Made by a program: the position numbers and the translations under genes
Assembly: GCA_016183365.1 (NCBI GenBank)
Contig: JACPES010000005.1
Location: forward strand, 5,895-69,894
Direction: 5' to 3'
From: Candidatus Collierbacteria bacterium
GTDB taxonomy: Bacteria; Patescibacteriota; Microgenomatia; UBA1400; JACPES01
Length of the DNA: 64,000 bases
The notes under the pieces: generated by a model
What the model saw: only the letters and a program-made list of their open reading frames with translations
Told to the model about the DNA's origin: nothing
Databases searched by the model: none
In this document: one piece after another, positions 46,224-56,494 of the stretch
Layout of the letters: each line of letters begins with the position of its first letter
Numbering within the stretch: position 1 is the stretch's first letter

Positions 46224-46877
46224 TTAAGTCATAAACGCTTTCTCTCCGCACACTTTGCAATGTTTATGATCCACTTGCTTCAATCTCCATTCAAAATGCT
46301 CTATCGCCGGCAACACTTTCTCAATTCTGTCCACAATCGCAAAAACATCCAATTCTTTCTTATCAATATTAAGATTCTCTTTAATAGCCGATATAACCGG
46401 ATACCAAAACTCTCCGAATAAAACAAACGGCTTATGATGGCCATAATAAAGCTTGGCCAACACCCATGCCGTTCCCAATTCGCTGATAGTCCCGGTTCCG
46501 CCCTTAAAAATTATAAATAAGTCCGAATGCTCCAACAATTTAAACATCCTGGTAATGTAATTAGTAGTTTTAATCTCTTTATCCGTCACATTGCCTAAAT
46601 ATCTGCCTTCAAATCCGGGGGCGTCTTCGGGGTAAAAAGTTATCGAAATTGTTTCTCCGCCGGCTTCCTTGGCGCCTTTGGTAGAAGCGTCCATCACTCC
46701 CGGGCCGCCGCCGTTGACAATGGTAAAGCCGTTAGCCGCCAATATTTTGGCCGTTTCGAAGGCATCTTTATATATCCGACCATTTTCCGGCACGTCGGAG
46801 TCTCCGAAAAAAGCAATATTCTTGATTAAAGGACGCAAAGTATGCGGTTTCAGCGGCATAATAATTTTATTCAACAA
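46224..46877 (-). CDS. LOG family protein (TIGR00730 Rossmann-fold nucleotide-binding / cytokinin riboside 5'-monophosphate phosphoribohydrolase-like)
   Basis: NGGGPGVMDA and FKGGTGTISELG motifs. Confidence 0.65.
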   Translation of the reverse strand: MLNKIIMPLKPHTLRPLIKNIAFFGDSDVPENGRIYKDAFETAKILAANGFTIVNGGGPGVMDASTKGAKEAGGETISITFYPEDAPGFEGRYLGNVTDKEIKTTNYITRMFKLLEHSDLFIIFKGGTGTISELGTAWVLAKLYYGHHKPFVLFGEFWYPVISAIKENLNIDKKELDVFAIVDRIEKVLPAIEHFEWRLKQVDHKHCKVCGEKAFMT

Positions 46878-47520
46878 ATTTGTTTAATTCCTTAATCGCC
46901 AAGGCTATGTCTTTATGTTCCCACAACCAACTCCCGACTGCAAATTGGTCAGCCCCGGCTAATTTACTCATTTTAATATGGATCGGATCTTCGCCGCCGT
47001 CAATAATTAAATTGCCTTTATTCCCGAACATTGTTAATTCTTTGATTTTTTCTATGATACGGTGAATAAAATATTGACCTGAATATCCGGCTTTAACCGA
47101 CATTGCCAAAACGCCATCTCCGGTTGTCAATGCTGCCATTGCCCGTTTATCCAAAGAAGTTGCCGGAGTATAAACGTCTAAGGCTAAACCGGCGCTGCAA
47201 CCGACGCTATGCGCCTGCGATATAAAATCTTCTTGGTTGCTCATTCTCTCAATCTGCCCAATTATCCTCAAATTTTGAACTTTTTCCTTTAACTCGAGGC
47301 AATCTGCCAAAAAAACTATAGGGTCAACTGTCATTAAATGTATGTCCAAAGACAATTCCGCAAGATCTAACTCCAGCAAATCCCCAGGTTCCGAGGTAAT
47401 TTCATTTCCAAAAATTCCGTCGTAAATATCAATTTGAATCCGATCAACCAAGCCGGAAACTAAATTTATTTTTTTTTGAATTTCATCGATGGAGTTTTCT
47501 AGAATTGCCGGAATGATCAT
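46867..47520 (-). CDS. rpe: ribulose-phosphate 3-epimerase-like
   Basis: IIPAILEN...IQIDIYDGIF...AVGSWLW resembles RPE family TIM-barrel motifs. Confidence 0.55.
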   Translation of the reverse strand: MIIPAILENSIDEIQKKINLVSGLVDRIQIDIYDGIFGNEITSEPGDLLELDLAELSLDIHLMTVDPIVFLADCLELKEKVQNLRIIGQIERMSNQEDFISQAHSVGCSAGLALDVYTPATSLDKRAMAALTTGDGVLAMSVKAGYSGQYFIHRIIEKIKELTMFGNKGNLIIDGGEDPIHIKMSKLAGADQFAVGSWLWEHKDIALAIKELNKFVE

Positions 47521-47559
47521 GATAAAACAATGGCTAAAATGGTTAAATGGCTACAATGG

Positions 47560-48045
47560 CTAAAAGTGATTTGCTTCAATCTTACGAATTTCATCAAGCC
47601 GTCGTTCATATCGCTTCTCTTTCACGTATGGTGTCGCGAGAAACATCCCGACCAATTTTTTTGCGCCAGCGAACTTAATTTCATCCGACGGCAAAATCAA
47701 GACATTCATGTCGTCATCGTGCCGACCGGCGCGGACTTGATTTGCCGAAAAGCCGATTGCCGCTCTGATTCCATCAATTTTGTTTACCGCCGCCGACGCC
47801 CCCACCCCGGAACCGCACAATAAAATTCCCATTGACCCCGAAGTATTTGTTACCGCTTTCCCCAGTTTTTCCGCGACCAATGGGTAATCATCGTTTGGAT
47901 CGAAAACCACTGCTCCCATATCAACTACTTCATATCCCAAGTTAATCAACCAAAGTTTAAGCTCTTCTTTTAATTTAAATCCCCGATGATCCGCCCCAAT
48001 ATAAATTTTCATGCTTTTTGAGCCAATGTAACCATTTTTAGCCAT
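47560..48045 (-). CDS. rpiB: ribose-5-phosphate isomerase B
   Basis: MKIYIGADHRGFKLKEEL core. The first 11 codons (MAKNGYIGSKS) are encoded by an AATGG-repeat, so the true start is probably Met12 (48012). Confidence 0.75.
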   Translation of the reverse strand: MAKNGYIGSKSMKIYIGADHRGFKLKEELKLWLINLGYEVVDMGAVVFDPNDDYPLVAEKLGKAVTNTSGSMGILLCGSGVGASAAVNKIDGIRAAIGFSANQVRAGRHDDDMNVLILPSDEIKFAGAKKLVGMFLATPYVKEKRYERRLDEIRKIEANHF

Positions 48046-48408
48046 TCAGCTAAAGCCGAGTTCGGCTTTAGCTCTTTCGCTCATCATATCCTGATGCCAA
48101 GGGGGATCGAAGATCAATTCCAGTCTTAAATCCTTATATGGATCAAAACCCGGAATATCCGCCAATGCCTGTCTGATCATTGGTTGGAAAACGGCCGCCA
48201 GCGGACACCCCGGAGAGGTTAGGGTCATGGTGATAGCTATGAGTTGTTGGTTATTAGTTATTGGTTGATGATCGTTTTTTGTTTTTTGTTTTTTGTTTTT
48301 TGTTAATTTAATCTCGTATACCAGTCCCAAATCCACGATATTCATTCCCAGCTCCGGATCAATCACTTGCCGCAATCGACCTTCAATTAGTTTTTTGGTT
48401 ATTACCAT
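48046..48408 (-). CDS. DUF59/MIP18-family (SufT-like) Fe-S assembly protein
   Basis: IDPELGMNIVDLGLVY...SPGCP motif. Has an in-frame KNKKQKTKN insert from a (GTTTTTT)n run. Confidence 0.55.
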   Translation of the reverse strand: MVITKKLIEGRLRQVIDPELGMNIVDLGLVYEIKLTKNKKQKTKNDHQPITNNQQLIAITMTLTSPGCPLAAVFQPMIRQALADIPGFDPYKDLRLELIFDPPWHQDMMSERAKAELGFS

Positions 48409-48533
48409 AATTGTCTTAAGATTTTCTTAAGCTTTAGCTTTAATTTCAAATCACTCACGGTGAAATTACTTGCTCGATGCGATACGAATAACACGAATTA
48501 TCATCCGAATACCACGAATTTTCGACATTCGCA

Positions 48534-49277
48534 TCATTCGTATGTCATTTGCAGATTAGTATCGCTATCAACACATTCTAGCAACTTTTTGACTTTTTCC
48601 CAACTCACCTGTTCAAACTGTCGATAATAAATCCCTACCGTCCCCAAGTAGGGATCTTTATGAAGAATCACAACTTGATCCGCTACCTGTCGCAACATAT
48701 CCGCCGCTTCGGTTGAAGCCACCGGCAAACCAACGATTATTTGATAAGATCTAACCTTGCCGTACGGAAAGGTTAGATCTTTTTTGACTGATTTTTGGAT
48801 CCCTTTGAGCGCGGCCATCATCGAAATTCCCGTCGCCGCCCCGTCGTCAACTAAAACAATATTTCCCGATTTTGGCGGTCTGATGTTTTTGGTAATTCCG
48901 ATTTTTCTTATATATTCTGATATTTCAATCTTTTTGTCATCTATCTGCTGTTTTTGCCATTCTTTATCCAGCCGCCAGCGTCGCAATATCTCTTTATTCC
49001 ACCAAACTACAATATCCGGCCGCAAAGTTTGGGAAGTTTGCGAAACTTCCCATTTCGGAATCTCCGCCACCGCCCCGACAGCAAACTCCGGATTTCCCGG
49101 GGCGCCAACCTTTCTGACGATCAACGTTTCAAGCGGCGATTCCAAAATTCTGGCGACTTCAGCCGCCACCACGACTCCACCCCGAGCCAAGCCGAAAACT
49201 ATATCCGGACTAATTCCCCGCCGCTTTAACTCTTCCCCCAACAGTATGCCTGCCTGTGACCGCGAATCAAATACCAT
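48534..49277 (-). CDS. phosphoribosyltransferase-domain protein
   Basis: PRPP-binding VLVDDGAATG and GLARGGVVVAAEVA motifs. Contains an in-frame GGAAGTTTGCGAAACTTCC hairpin insert. Confidence 0.55.
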   Translation of the reverse strand: MVFDSRSQAGILLGEELKRRGISPDIVFGLARGGVVVAAEVARILESPLETLIVRKVGAPGNPEFAVGAVAEIPKWEVSQTSQTLRPDIVVWWNKEILRRWRLDKEWQKQQIDDKKIEISEYIRKIGITKNIRPPKSGNIVLVDDGAATGISMMAALKGIQKSVKKDLTFPYGKVRSYQIIVGLPVASTEAADMLRQVADQVVILHKDPYLGTVGIYYRQFEQVSWEKVKKLLECVDSDTNLQMTYE

Positions 49278-49296
49278 CAGGTATACTTTACTCTAA

Positions 49297-50136
49297 ATGA
49301 ACAGGGTTCCATTTTTTTCTGTTGTCGTTCCCACTCTCAATGAAGAAAAATACCTCCCAAAGCTTCTTCACTGTCTAGTAAACCAAATCGACAAGAACTT
49401 TGAGGTTATCGTGGTTGATGGCCAGTCAGAAGATAGAACCGTTGAAGTCGCCAAAAATTTTCTTCTCTCTATACTTCCCCTTGCTGTTCTTAACGCAACT
49501 AAGCGCAATGTAAGCTATCAGAGAAACTTGGGTTCCAAACATGCCAAAGGGAAATTTTTGGTTTTTCTTGATGCAGATACCCAAATACCATTTAATTTCC
49601 TTAGTCAAGTTCATCACTATCTCCTGGAAAATAGAAATTGTAACCTTCTTACTACCTGGATGAAGCCAGACTCGAAAAGTAAAGCCGATCAAGCATTGAT
49701 TGCTATCGCCAATACTCTTATTGAACTTGCCAAGACTGTCGATAAACCATTTATGGGGGGGTTCAATGTTGTTATCAAAAAATTAACCTTTAGGCAAGTC
49801 CATGGTTTTGACGAAAAGCTTAGGCTTGCCGAAGACCATGATTTGGCCCAGCGCCTTCTAAAGTCTAAGGTTATTCTCCATATTCTAAAAGAGCCAAAAG
49901 TGACTATATCTTTGAGAAGATTTCGTCGTGAAGGCACCCTCAGTCTTCTCCGCAAATACGCGATGGTGACTTCCAAACTTCTTTTCGAAGGCCCAATAAC
50001 CGATCAGCTTTTCGATTATCCCATGGGTGGCAAAGTCTCCCGGGGGAAAAATAAGACCATCAAACTCAAATTTAATCAGCGTTTAAATAAGCTCAAAAGG
50101 TACCTTAATCGAATAAACCTTTCTTTGGATTTCTAG
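49297..50136 (+). CDS. family 2 glycosyltransferase
   Basis: FSVVVPTLNEEKYL...EVIVVDGQSEDRT...FLDAD, the GT2 DxD region. Confidence 0.7.
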   Translation: MNRVPFFSVVVPTLNEEKYLPKLLHCLVNQIDKNFEVIVVDGQSEDRTVEVAKNFLLSILPLAVLNATKRNVSYQRNLGSKHAKGKFLVFLDADTQIPFNFLSQVHHYLLENRNCNLLTTWMKPDSKSKADQALIAIANTLIELAKTVDKPFMGGFNVVIKKLTFRQVHGFDEKLRLAEDHDLAQRLLKSKVILHILKEPKVTISLRRFRREGTLSLLRKYAMVTSKLLFEGPITDQLFDYPMGGKVSRGKNKTIKLKFNQRLNKLKRYLNRINLSLDF

Positions 50137-50234
50137 GTTGACCCATCAACTCTAAATTAGCCCACAGGAACATTCCGGCAGCCCAGGCAAAGCGGCAAAA
50201 AACCCGTCTCTGGCCCAATAATCAGATAAAATCC

Positions 50235-50705
50235 TCATTTAAACTCCCCCCGCAACACCACTGTTTCGCCGCGCAAGACTTCGACGGTTTTATAAACCAT
50301 GGGATCCATGGAAACCGTTTTCTCCAACAACCACCCGGCTTTAGCGATAGTCAGCTGCCCCAGTTGAATGGTGTCACCGTTACCACTCAACCTGGCTGTG
50401 TATTTTTCTTTTTCGGTCAAATTCGGCAGGTTGGCCAGAATCGTTACCAGCCTGCGGTCGTCGCGGGTGGCCAAACCGGAAGCTGCCGAACCGTCAACCG
50501 GATTCAGCGCCGTTTTCTGGACGTCTTCCGGGATCGTCACCCCAAACTGTTTTTGAATTTGACTCACCCGATCCTCAATTTCCACTCCTTCGCCCCCTCC
50601 GGCCGCTTCTTTACCCACCCCTTCCGGCTTGCCTTTATGAAAACACCCCGCCAAAACTAAACCTGCGGTCAGGACCAATAGAATTTTTGATTTCATTGTT
50701 ATCAC
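50235..50705 (-). CDS. putative lipoprotein
   Basis: Signal peptide with lipobox LAGC. Confidence 0.4.
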   Translation of the reverse strand: MITMKSKILLVLTAGLVLAGCFHKGKPEGVGKEAAGGGEGVEIEDRVSQIQKQFGVTIPEDVQKTALNPVDGSAASGLATRDDRRLVTILANLPNLTEKEKYTARLSGNGDTIQLGQLTIAKAGWLLEKTVSMDPMVYKTVEVLRGETVVLRGEFK

Positions 50706-50723
50706 CTCCTTTGGGCAGGAGGA

Positions 50724-51365
50724 TCACTGTGGCTTAGATAATACTTCTTCTACAGCTAATTTCAATCCACTTGCCGAAACCTTCTTCCCATTCACAAAAA
50801 ACGTCGGGGTGGCGTTAATCCCCAATTGATTCCCAAAGCTCATGTCAGCCAGAATCAGGTCTTTTTTTAATTGCTTGGATATTTCGCTTTTGAACTTATC
50901 TAAATCCGGGACCCCCGATTCTCTAGCCAAATTGATAAATAAATCTTGCGGGCTTCCCAGTTGTTCCCAAGTGTTTTGATTATCAAATAAAACCCTGGAG
51001 TATTCCCAAAATTTTCCTTGGCTATCCGCCGCCTCCGACGCTATAGAAGCCGCTAGAGCGTTTTTATGAATAGATGTCAAAGGAAAATGCCTATAAATAA
51101 ACCTTATTTTCCCTTCGTGCTTTACCATCAATTCATCAAGAGTTAAAGCTGCCAAGCGGCAGGCCGGACACTGGAAGTCAGAAAATTCAACCACGGTCAC
51201 CGGAGCGTTTTCTTCGCCAAGAACATGAGTGGCTCCCAAAACCAATTTTTGAGAGTCAATAGCGGCTGAAGAATTATTGACGGGTTTAGATAAAAAAAGA
51301 GAGGCTCCAATTATAATTAGAACGGTTCCGCCTATCATAGAGATTATGATTTTCCAGTTAATCAT
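50724..51365 (-). CDS. DsbA-like thioredoxin-fold thiol:disulfide oxidoreductase
   Basis: N-terminal TM, then FSDFQCPACR CxxC motif. Confidence 0.65.
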   Translation of the reverse strand: MINWKIIISMIGGTVLIIIGASLFLSKPVNNSSAAIDSQKLVLGATHVLGEENAPVTVVEFSDFQCPACRLAALTLDELMVKHEGKIRFIYRHFPLTSIHKNALAASIASEAADSQGKFWEYSRVLFDNQNTWEQLGSPQDLFINLARESGVPDLDKFKSEISKQLKKDLILADMSFGNQLGINATPTFFVNGKKVSASGLKLAVEEVLSKPQ

Positions 51366-51466
51366 TTGGTTGCAAATTTATTAATTATTAAATTGTTATA
51401 TTGCTAAATTTGTTCCGGTACAATCAGCAATTTAACAATCTAGCAATGTAGCAATGTAGCAATTTT

Positions 51467-51691
51467 TCATAGTGGCCAAATTTTCTTGCCGCTTTCATCA
51501 TAAACTTCAATCGCTGCCGTCGGACAGCTCTGGGCGGCCAATAAAATGGCATCGTCCGCATCCTTATCCCCGGTTGATTTGATAACCACCGCTTTGTTTT
51601 GGCTATCCAATTTAAATGTTTTTGGGGCTACGGCCACACAACTGGCGGCGCCGATGCATTTGTCACGCAAAACTTTGACAGAATAAGACAT
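51467..51691 (-). CDS. ferredoxin (single [3Fe/4Fe-4S] cluster type)
   Basis: 74 aa with CIGAASC...CP cysteine pattern. Confidence 0.6.
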   Translation of the reverse strand: MSYSVKVLRDKCIGAASCVAVAPKTFKLDSQNKAVVIKSTGDKDADDAILLAAQSCPTAAIEVYDESGKKIWPL

Positions 51692-51727
51692 ATAATTGTT
51701 ATAACCTTTATAACTGATAGAGATTAA

Positions 51728-52513
51728 TTAAAAAAACTTTTCCGTGTGAATATGTTCTTTGTTTATACCAACTTCGGCAAGTTTTGTCGATAGCTCTTCA
51801 ATCATGAATTTATTCCCGCAGAGATAGAAACACATTGTTGATTGTTGATTGTCCCGGCTTTGCCGAGGATCCCGCTTCGCCCTGTACCAGACGGTACGGG
51901 GCTTCGCGGGATTGATTGTTGATTGTTTTGTATATTCGATTAGATGTTGAGTCACGTGCCCGAAGTGGAGAGGCCAATTTTTCGGCGGACGGGACAGTAT
52001 CAAGTCCCACTTGAAATTCTGATATTCTTTTTCCAGATTATCGAAGTCTTCAACCCAGAAACAGTCCTCCTGCCGCCTCATCCCCCACCAGAGACGAATC
52101 GGCCCTTGATGTTTTTTGGTTATGAGCAGGTCAAGAATCATTGATCTTATTGGCGAAATTCCGGAACCGGTGGCGACAAAAAGCAATTGGTGATTAACGC
52201 AAGCGTCCTGGACAACGAAATTGCCGAAGGGGGCGACAAATTTCACTTGCTCTCCCGGTTTTAAGTTTTTAAGATATTGGGATCCTGATCCTTGAGGCTT
52301 GACGTCAACCAGTAACTCAACCGCGTGACTCATCTCCGGCCGGGAAGCGATGGAATAGTTGCGGCGAATACCCTTGGCGGCTTCAACAGTTAAAATCAGA
52401 TACTGGCCGGCCTGAAATTCGATTTTGTCGGGATTCACTAACTCCAGATGAAGATACTGGAAAGAACCGGCGATAAGTTGATGTTCGGAAACACGAGCGG
52501 TGAATGATTGCAT
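51728..52513 (-). CDS. FAD/NAD(P)-binding oxidoreductase (ferredoxin-NADP reductase-like)
   Basis: RNYSIAS (RxYS FAD motif), GSGISP NAD(P) motif. Start chosen at the internal Met abutting sufU. Contains a GC-rich palindromic in-frame insert. Confidence 0.6.
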   Translation of the reverse strand: MQSFTARVSEHQLIAGSFQYLHLELVNPDKIEFQAGQYLILTVEAAKGIRRNYSIASRPEMSHAVELLVDVKPQGSGSQYLKNLKPGEQVKFVAPFGNFVVQDACVNHQLLFVATGSGISPIRSMILDLLITKKHQGPIRLWWGMRRQEDCFWVEDFDNLEKEYQNFKWDLILSRPPKNWPLHFGHVTQHLIEYTKQSTINPAKPRTVWYRAKRDPRQSRDNQQSTMCFYLCGNKFMIEELSTKLAEVGINKEHIHTEKFF

Positions 52514-52515
52514 TG

Positions 52516-52911
52516 TTATATTGCTACATTGCGAATCGCTTTTTGCAAAGCAACAAGCGGTAGGATAGCACATTTAATTCTAGCATGAGAGATGTCGCCG
52601 CCAAGCAACTCGACCATGCCAGCTTGACTTATTTGACTAATTTGGCTAATGCGCCGAATTTGCTTGACCCTTTCCGACAGGAGCGACGCTCCGGCAGTGC
52701 TTATGGCGCACCCTACTCCTCTCCAGGCAATTTCGCCAATCTCTGTTCTCTGTTCTCTGTTCGCTGATCTCTTTACTCTAACCTGAAACTCAATCAAGTC
52801 TCCGCAGCTGGCGTTGGCTTCTTGGACGACAGCATCGGGATTTTTTAACTCACCGAAGTTGCGGGGGTGTTGATAGTGGTCGATGATGAGATCGTGATAG
52901 ATGTTGGACAT
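52516..52911 (-). CDS. sufU: SUF-system NifU/IscU-like scaffold (SufU)
   Basis: NASCGD and GCAIS cysteine motifs. Has an in-frame ISQISQISQ insert from a tandem 9-mer. Confidence 0.75.
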   Translation of the reverse strand: MSNIYHDLIIDHYQHPRNFGELKNPDAVVQEANASCGDLIEFQVRVKRSANREQRTEIGEIAWRGVGCAISTAGASLLSERVKQIRRISQISQISQAGMVELLGGDISHARIKCAILPLVALQKAIRNVAI

Positions 52912-52986
52912 TGTTAGATTGTTAGATTGTTAGATTGTTTTTGTTAACAATCCAGCAATTTAGCAATGTAGCAATTTTACTCGACA

Positions 52987-54366
52987 TTAACCGAATATTT
53001 TCGGTATTAAATTTAAAGCTTTGATAAATCGGTTGATATCCTCTTTCGTATTGTAAATCCCAAAACTTACTCTGGTGGTTGCCGCTAAGCCCAATTTAGC
53101 GTGCAGCGGCATGACGCAGTGGTGGCCGGAGCGGACGGCGATACCTTGGCTATCTAAAACCTGGGCCACATCATGGCCATGGATTTCTTTGCTGTTAGCG
53201 CTCAAGGTAAATGCAACTAGTCCACTTCTGTCTTGCGCATTTTTTGGGCCAAGAATGTTTATTAATAACCCGTCATTCCGAGCAAGGAGTCTGCGACGAG
53301 CCGACCCGCCCGCCTCGCTACGCGAAGCGTTGCGGGCAGGGGAATCTAGCGAAGCGATCAAATGTCTGGTCAATTCTATCTCGTGTTTTCTGATATTTTC
53401 CATTCCGATTCCCTGCAAATATTTGACTGCTGCCGCCAGTCCTACAGCGCCGGCGACGTTGGGGGTGCCGGCTTCAAATTTATCGGGTAAACCGGTAAAG
53501 GTCGTTTCCTGCCAATCTACGGTATTTATCATCCCGCCGCCGGTTAAAAACGGCGGCATGTTCTTCAGAATTTCTCTTTTTCCCCAAAGACACCCGATCC
53601 CCATCGGGCCATACATTTTATGCCCGGAAAAAGCGTAAAAATCGCAGCCCAAGTCTTTGACGTTGACCGGCGTGTGGGGAACGGCCTGGGCCCCGTCGAC
53701 TAGCAATAAGGGGTAAGAGCTAAGGGATAAGGGTTGAAGGAAACGCTTGTTTTTTGTCCCGCGGAGCGGGATCCTGCTTTGCAGGATTTTTTGTTTTTTG
53801 ATCATTTCCGCAATTTTTTTAATCGGATTTATCGTTCCCAAAAAATTGCTGACGTGGACGACGGAAACGAGTTTAGTTCGAGGAGAAAGTTTACGCTTCA
53901 AATCCAAAATATCCAGCTTGCCGTTTTTATCTACTTTAATATATTGAAGCGTGGCTTTTTGCCGCTCGGCAAGCATTTGCCAGGGAACTAAATTGCTGTG
54001 ATGTTCCATTTCTGAAATCAGAATTTCGTCTCCGGCGTTGACGTTCTGCCTACCCCAAGAGTAAGCGACCAAATTAATGGCTTCGGTGGAGTTGCGGACA
54101 AAAATTAATTCATTAGGATCTTTGGCGCCGATGAAACCGGAGACGGTTTTTCTGGATTCTTCATATAATCTGGTTGACTCATCACCTAAAGTATGAATGC
54201 CGCGGTGAACATTGGCGTTGTGATTCCAGTAATAATCGACCACCGCGTCAATCACTTCTTGAGGCTTTTGGGAAGTGGCGGCACTATCCAAATAGACTAA
54301 CGGTTGACCATTTATTTGACGATTAAAAATCGGAAAATCTTTTTTTATTAAATTTATGAACTTCAT
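52987..54366 (-). CDS. sufS: cysteine desulfurase SufS (class V aminotransferase)
   Basis: FSGHKMYGPMGIG PLP-lysine motif and HHCV-like region RSGHHC. Two GC-rich in-frame inserts. Confidence 0.85.
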   Translation of the reverse strand: MKFINLIKKDFPIFNRQINGQPLVYLDSAATSQKPQEVIDAVVDYYWNHNANVHRGIHTLGDESTRLYEESRKTVSGFIGAKDPNELIFVRNSTEAINLVAYSWGRQNVNAGDEILISEMEHHSNLVPWQMLAERQKATLQYIKVDKNGKLDILDLKRKLSPRTKLVSVVHVSNFLGTINPIKKIAEMIKKQKILQSRIPLRGTKNKRFLQPLSLSSYPLLLVDGAQAVPHTPVNVKDLGCDFYAFSGHKMYGPMGIGCLWGKREILKNMPPFLTGGGMINTVDWQETTFTGLPDKFEAGTPNVAGAVGLAAAVKYLQGIGMENIRKHEIELTRHLIASLDSPARNASRSEAGGSARRRLLARNDGLLINILGPKNAQDRSGLVAFTLSANSKEIHGHDVAQVLDSQGIAVRSGHHCVMPLHAKLGLAATTRVSFGIYNTKEDINRFIKALNLIPKIFG

Positions 54367-54432
54367 TTTGACTAATATATTTTGTTAACCAATGAGATAC
54401 AAACGTATTTTACTCTTCACCATCATAAAAAC

Positions 54433-54456
54433 TTCAATTATTTAAATAATTGAAGT
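54433..54456. promoter_or_regulatory. CTTCAATTATTTAAATAATTGAAG palindrome in the sufD-sufS spacer
   Basis: 24-bp perfect palindrome; its core is identical to the site at 1174-1191. Confidence 0.5.
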
Positions 54457-54475
54457 TTTTTAGTAAATTAATAAA

Positions 54476-54940
54476 TTATTTTACTAAAAAGCCCTCTGCT
54501 ATCATATCTTTTGCCTGCTTCAATTTTATCCCCCGGTTTTGCAGATAAAAGATTTCTTCCTCGTCTATTTTGCCAACTGTAGCGGCATGAGAACATTTAA
54601 CTTCGTCTGTTTCAATTTCTAAATTTGGAACCGCTTCGGCTTTGGCGTTTTCCGATACCAACAATATTCTTTCTTCCAAAAAAGCCTCTGTTCCCTTCGC
54701 TTCCGGCAAAACTTTTATTGTCCCAAAAACAGAAGTTCTGGCCGAGCCATCAACAACACCTTTAATATTGGTTCTAGAACTGGTGTTGGGAGCAGCATGG
54801 ATTATTTCGATATCCCAACGACCGACTTCTTTTCCCTTGAGCTTAAAACGACCGACAACCTCCAACTCTTGGCCTTCTTGGTCAAGGACGAAGCGATAAC
54901 TGCCGGGTTTGTTGATGATCTGCTTCATAATTCCTTTCAT
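54476..54940 (-). CDS. sufD: SufD-like Fe-S assembly protein (short form)
   Basis: C-terminal beta-helix region homologous to SufB/SufD (CSHAATVGKIDEEEIFYLQNRGI). Start set at the internal Met; upstream codons are repeat-derived. Confidence 0.5.
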   Translation of the reverse strand: MKGIMKQIINKPGSYRFVLDQEGQELEVVGRFKLKGKEVGRWDIEIIHAAPNTSSRTNIKGVVDGSARTSVFGTIKVLPEAKGTEAFLEERILLVSENAKAEAVPNLEIETDEVKCSHAATVGKIDEEEIFYLQNRGIKLKQAKDMIAEGFLVK

Positions 54941-55059
54941 TTTGCTGACGGGCCCTGATTTTTCGATGAGAAAAATCAGCAGGCACGCCAGCACCCCGTA
55001 CCGACGCTCTTCGCGAGCGTGGACGTAGACCACGGCGCGAAGTAAGTCTGGCACTGGGG

Positions 55060-56493
55060 CTACCCAACGCTTCCACTTATCTCTAAATCTATTAATCTGT
55101 TCATTTCAACGGCATATTCCAGCGGCAGTTTTTTGACCAACGGATCGACGAATCCCTGAACGATCATTTTGCCGGCTTCATTTTCAGGAATTCCTCTGTT
55201 CATTAAATAAAACAGCTGCTCTTCTCCGATTCTGGAGACGCTGGCTTCGTGTTCCAGAGTAACATCGGAATTAAAAATTTTATTGGTGGGATAAGTGTCG
55301 GAACGGCTTAACGGATCAAGAATCAAGGCGTCGCAGACCACTTTACTTTTAGAGTGATGAGCATTTGGCCCGATATTCACCATCCCCCGATAGCTCGTCC
55401 GTCCGCCACCGCGGCTGATTGACTTGCTGATAATAGCACTCGATGTATACGGCGCTAAATGAATGGCTTTACTACCTGTATCCAATTGTTGACCGGGACC
55501 GGCCATGGCCATTGATAATGTTTCTCCGACAGCTCCCTTTCCGGCTAAAATGAATCCCGGATATTTCATCGTCGCCTTACTTCCCATATTAAAATCTGTC
55601 CAAATCATCCGGCCTTCTTCTTCTACCCAGGCACGCTTTGTCACCAAGTTGTAGACATTTCGGTACCAGTTTTGAACCGTCGTATATTGAATGGTTGCGC
55701 CTTTTTTGACAAAGATTTCTACTACTGCCGAGTGTAGTGATCCGTCGGAAAACGCCGGGGCCGTACAGCCTTCAATGTAGTGAACTTTTGCCCCTTCATC
55801 GGCAATAATTAAGGTCCTTTCAAACTGTCCGGCGTTGGGAGAATTAATTCTAAAATACGCTTGAAGGGGCAAACCAACGTCGACATTTTTGGGGACGTAA
55901 ACGAAAGAACCGCCGCTCCAGACGGCTGTGTTGAGGGCGGCAAATTTATTGTCGCCAACCGGAATAAGAGAAGCAAAATATTCTCTGATCAAATCGGGAT
56001 ATTGTTTTAATCCGTCGTCCATTCCCAAAAAGACAACGCCTTTGTCGGCCAACATTTTCTTGATTGATCCATACACTACGGTGCTGTCGAACTGGGTTTT
56101 AACTCCGGCTAGAGCTTTCCGTTCCGCTTCGGGAATGCCCAAACGCTCGAATGTTTGTTTGATCTCGGTCGGGACCTCATCCCATGTCCTGCTTTCTCCG
56201 GCGGTGGGCTTAAGATAATAGTGAAGATTGTCAAAATCGATAGCGGATAAGTCGGCGCCCCAGGCCGGCATTGGCCTTGAATCAAAAATCTTAAGACCTT
56301 CCAAACGCATTTGGCGCATCCAGTCGGGTTCAAATTTTCGCGAGCTGATGTCTTCAACTACTCGGCTTGACAATCCTTTTCCGGATTTATAGGCATATTT
56401 ATCCGTCGGAGTATGGAAACCGTAACGATAGTTGTCGTCGGTTAAACCTTTAATTTCTGGTCGTGGTGGTTGGATGGGGGCGAAGCGAGACAC
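55060..56493 (-). CDS. sufB: Fe-S cluster assembly protein SufB
   Basis: Typical SufB length, with conserved C-terminal region ...TLEHEASVSRIGEEQLFYLMNRGI. Confidence 0.85.
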   Translation of the reverse strand: MSRFAPIQPPRPEIKGLTDDNYRYGFHTPTDKYAYKSGKGLSSRVVEDISSRKFEPDWMRQMRLEGLKIFDSRPMPAWGADLSAIDFDNLHYYLKPTAGESRTWDEVPTEIKQTFERLGIPEAERKALAGVKTQFDSTVVYGSIKKMLADKGVVFLGMDDGLKQYPDLIREYFASLIPVGDNKFAALNTAVWSGGSFVYVPKNVDVGLPLQAYFRINSPNAGQFERTLIIADEGAKVHYIEGCTAPAFSDGSLHSAVVEIFVKKGATIQYTTVQNWYRNVYNLVTKRAWVEEEGRMIWTDFNMGSKATMKYPGFILAGKGAVGETLSMAMAGPGQQLDTGSKAIHLAPYTSSAIISKSISRGGGRTSYRGMVNIGPNAHHSKSKVVCDALILDPLSRSDTYPTNKIFNSDVTLEHEASVSRIGEEQLFYLMNRGIPENEAGKMIVQGFVDPLVKKLPLEYAVEMNRLIDLEISGSVG

Positions 56494-56494
56494 G

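Noticed and set aside
48757-49296. A 179-aa plus-strand ORF and a nested 91-aa ORF
   Set aside because: They are antisense to the phosphoribosyltransferase gene.
53075-53638. A 187-aa plus-strand ORF
   Set aside because: It is antisense to sufS and runs through the GC-rich insert, so it is spurious.
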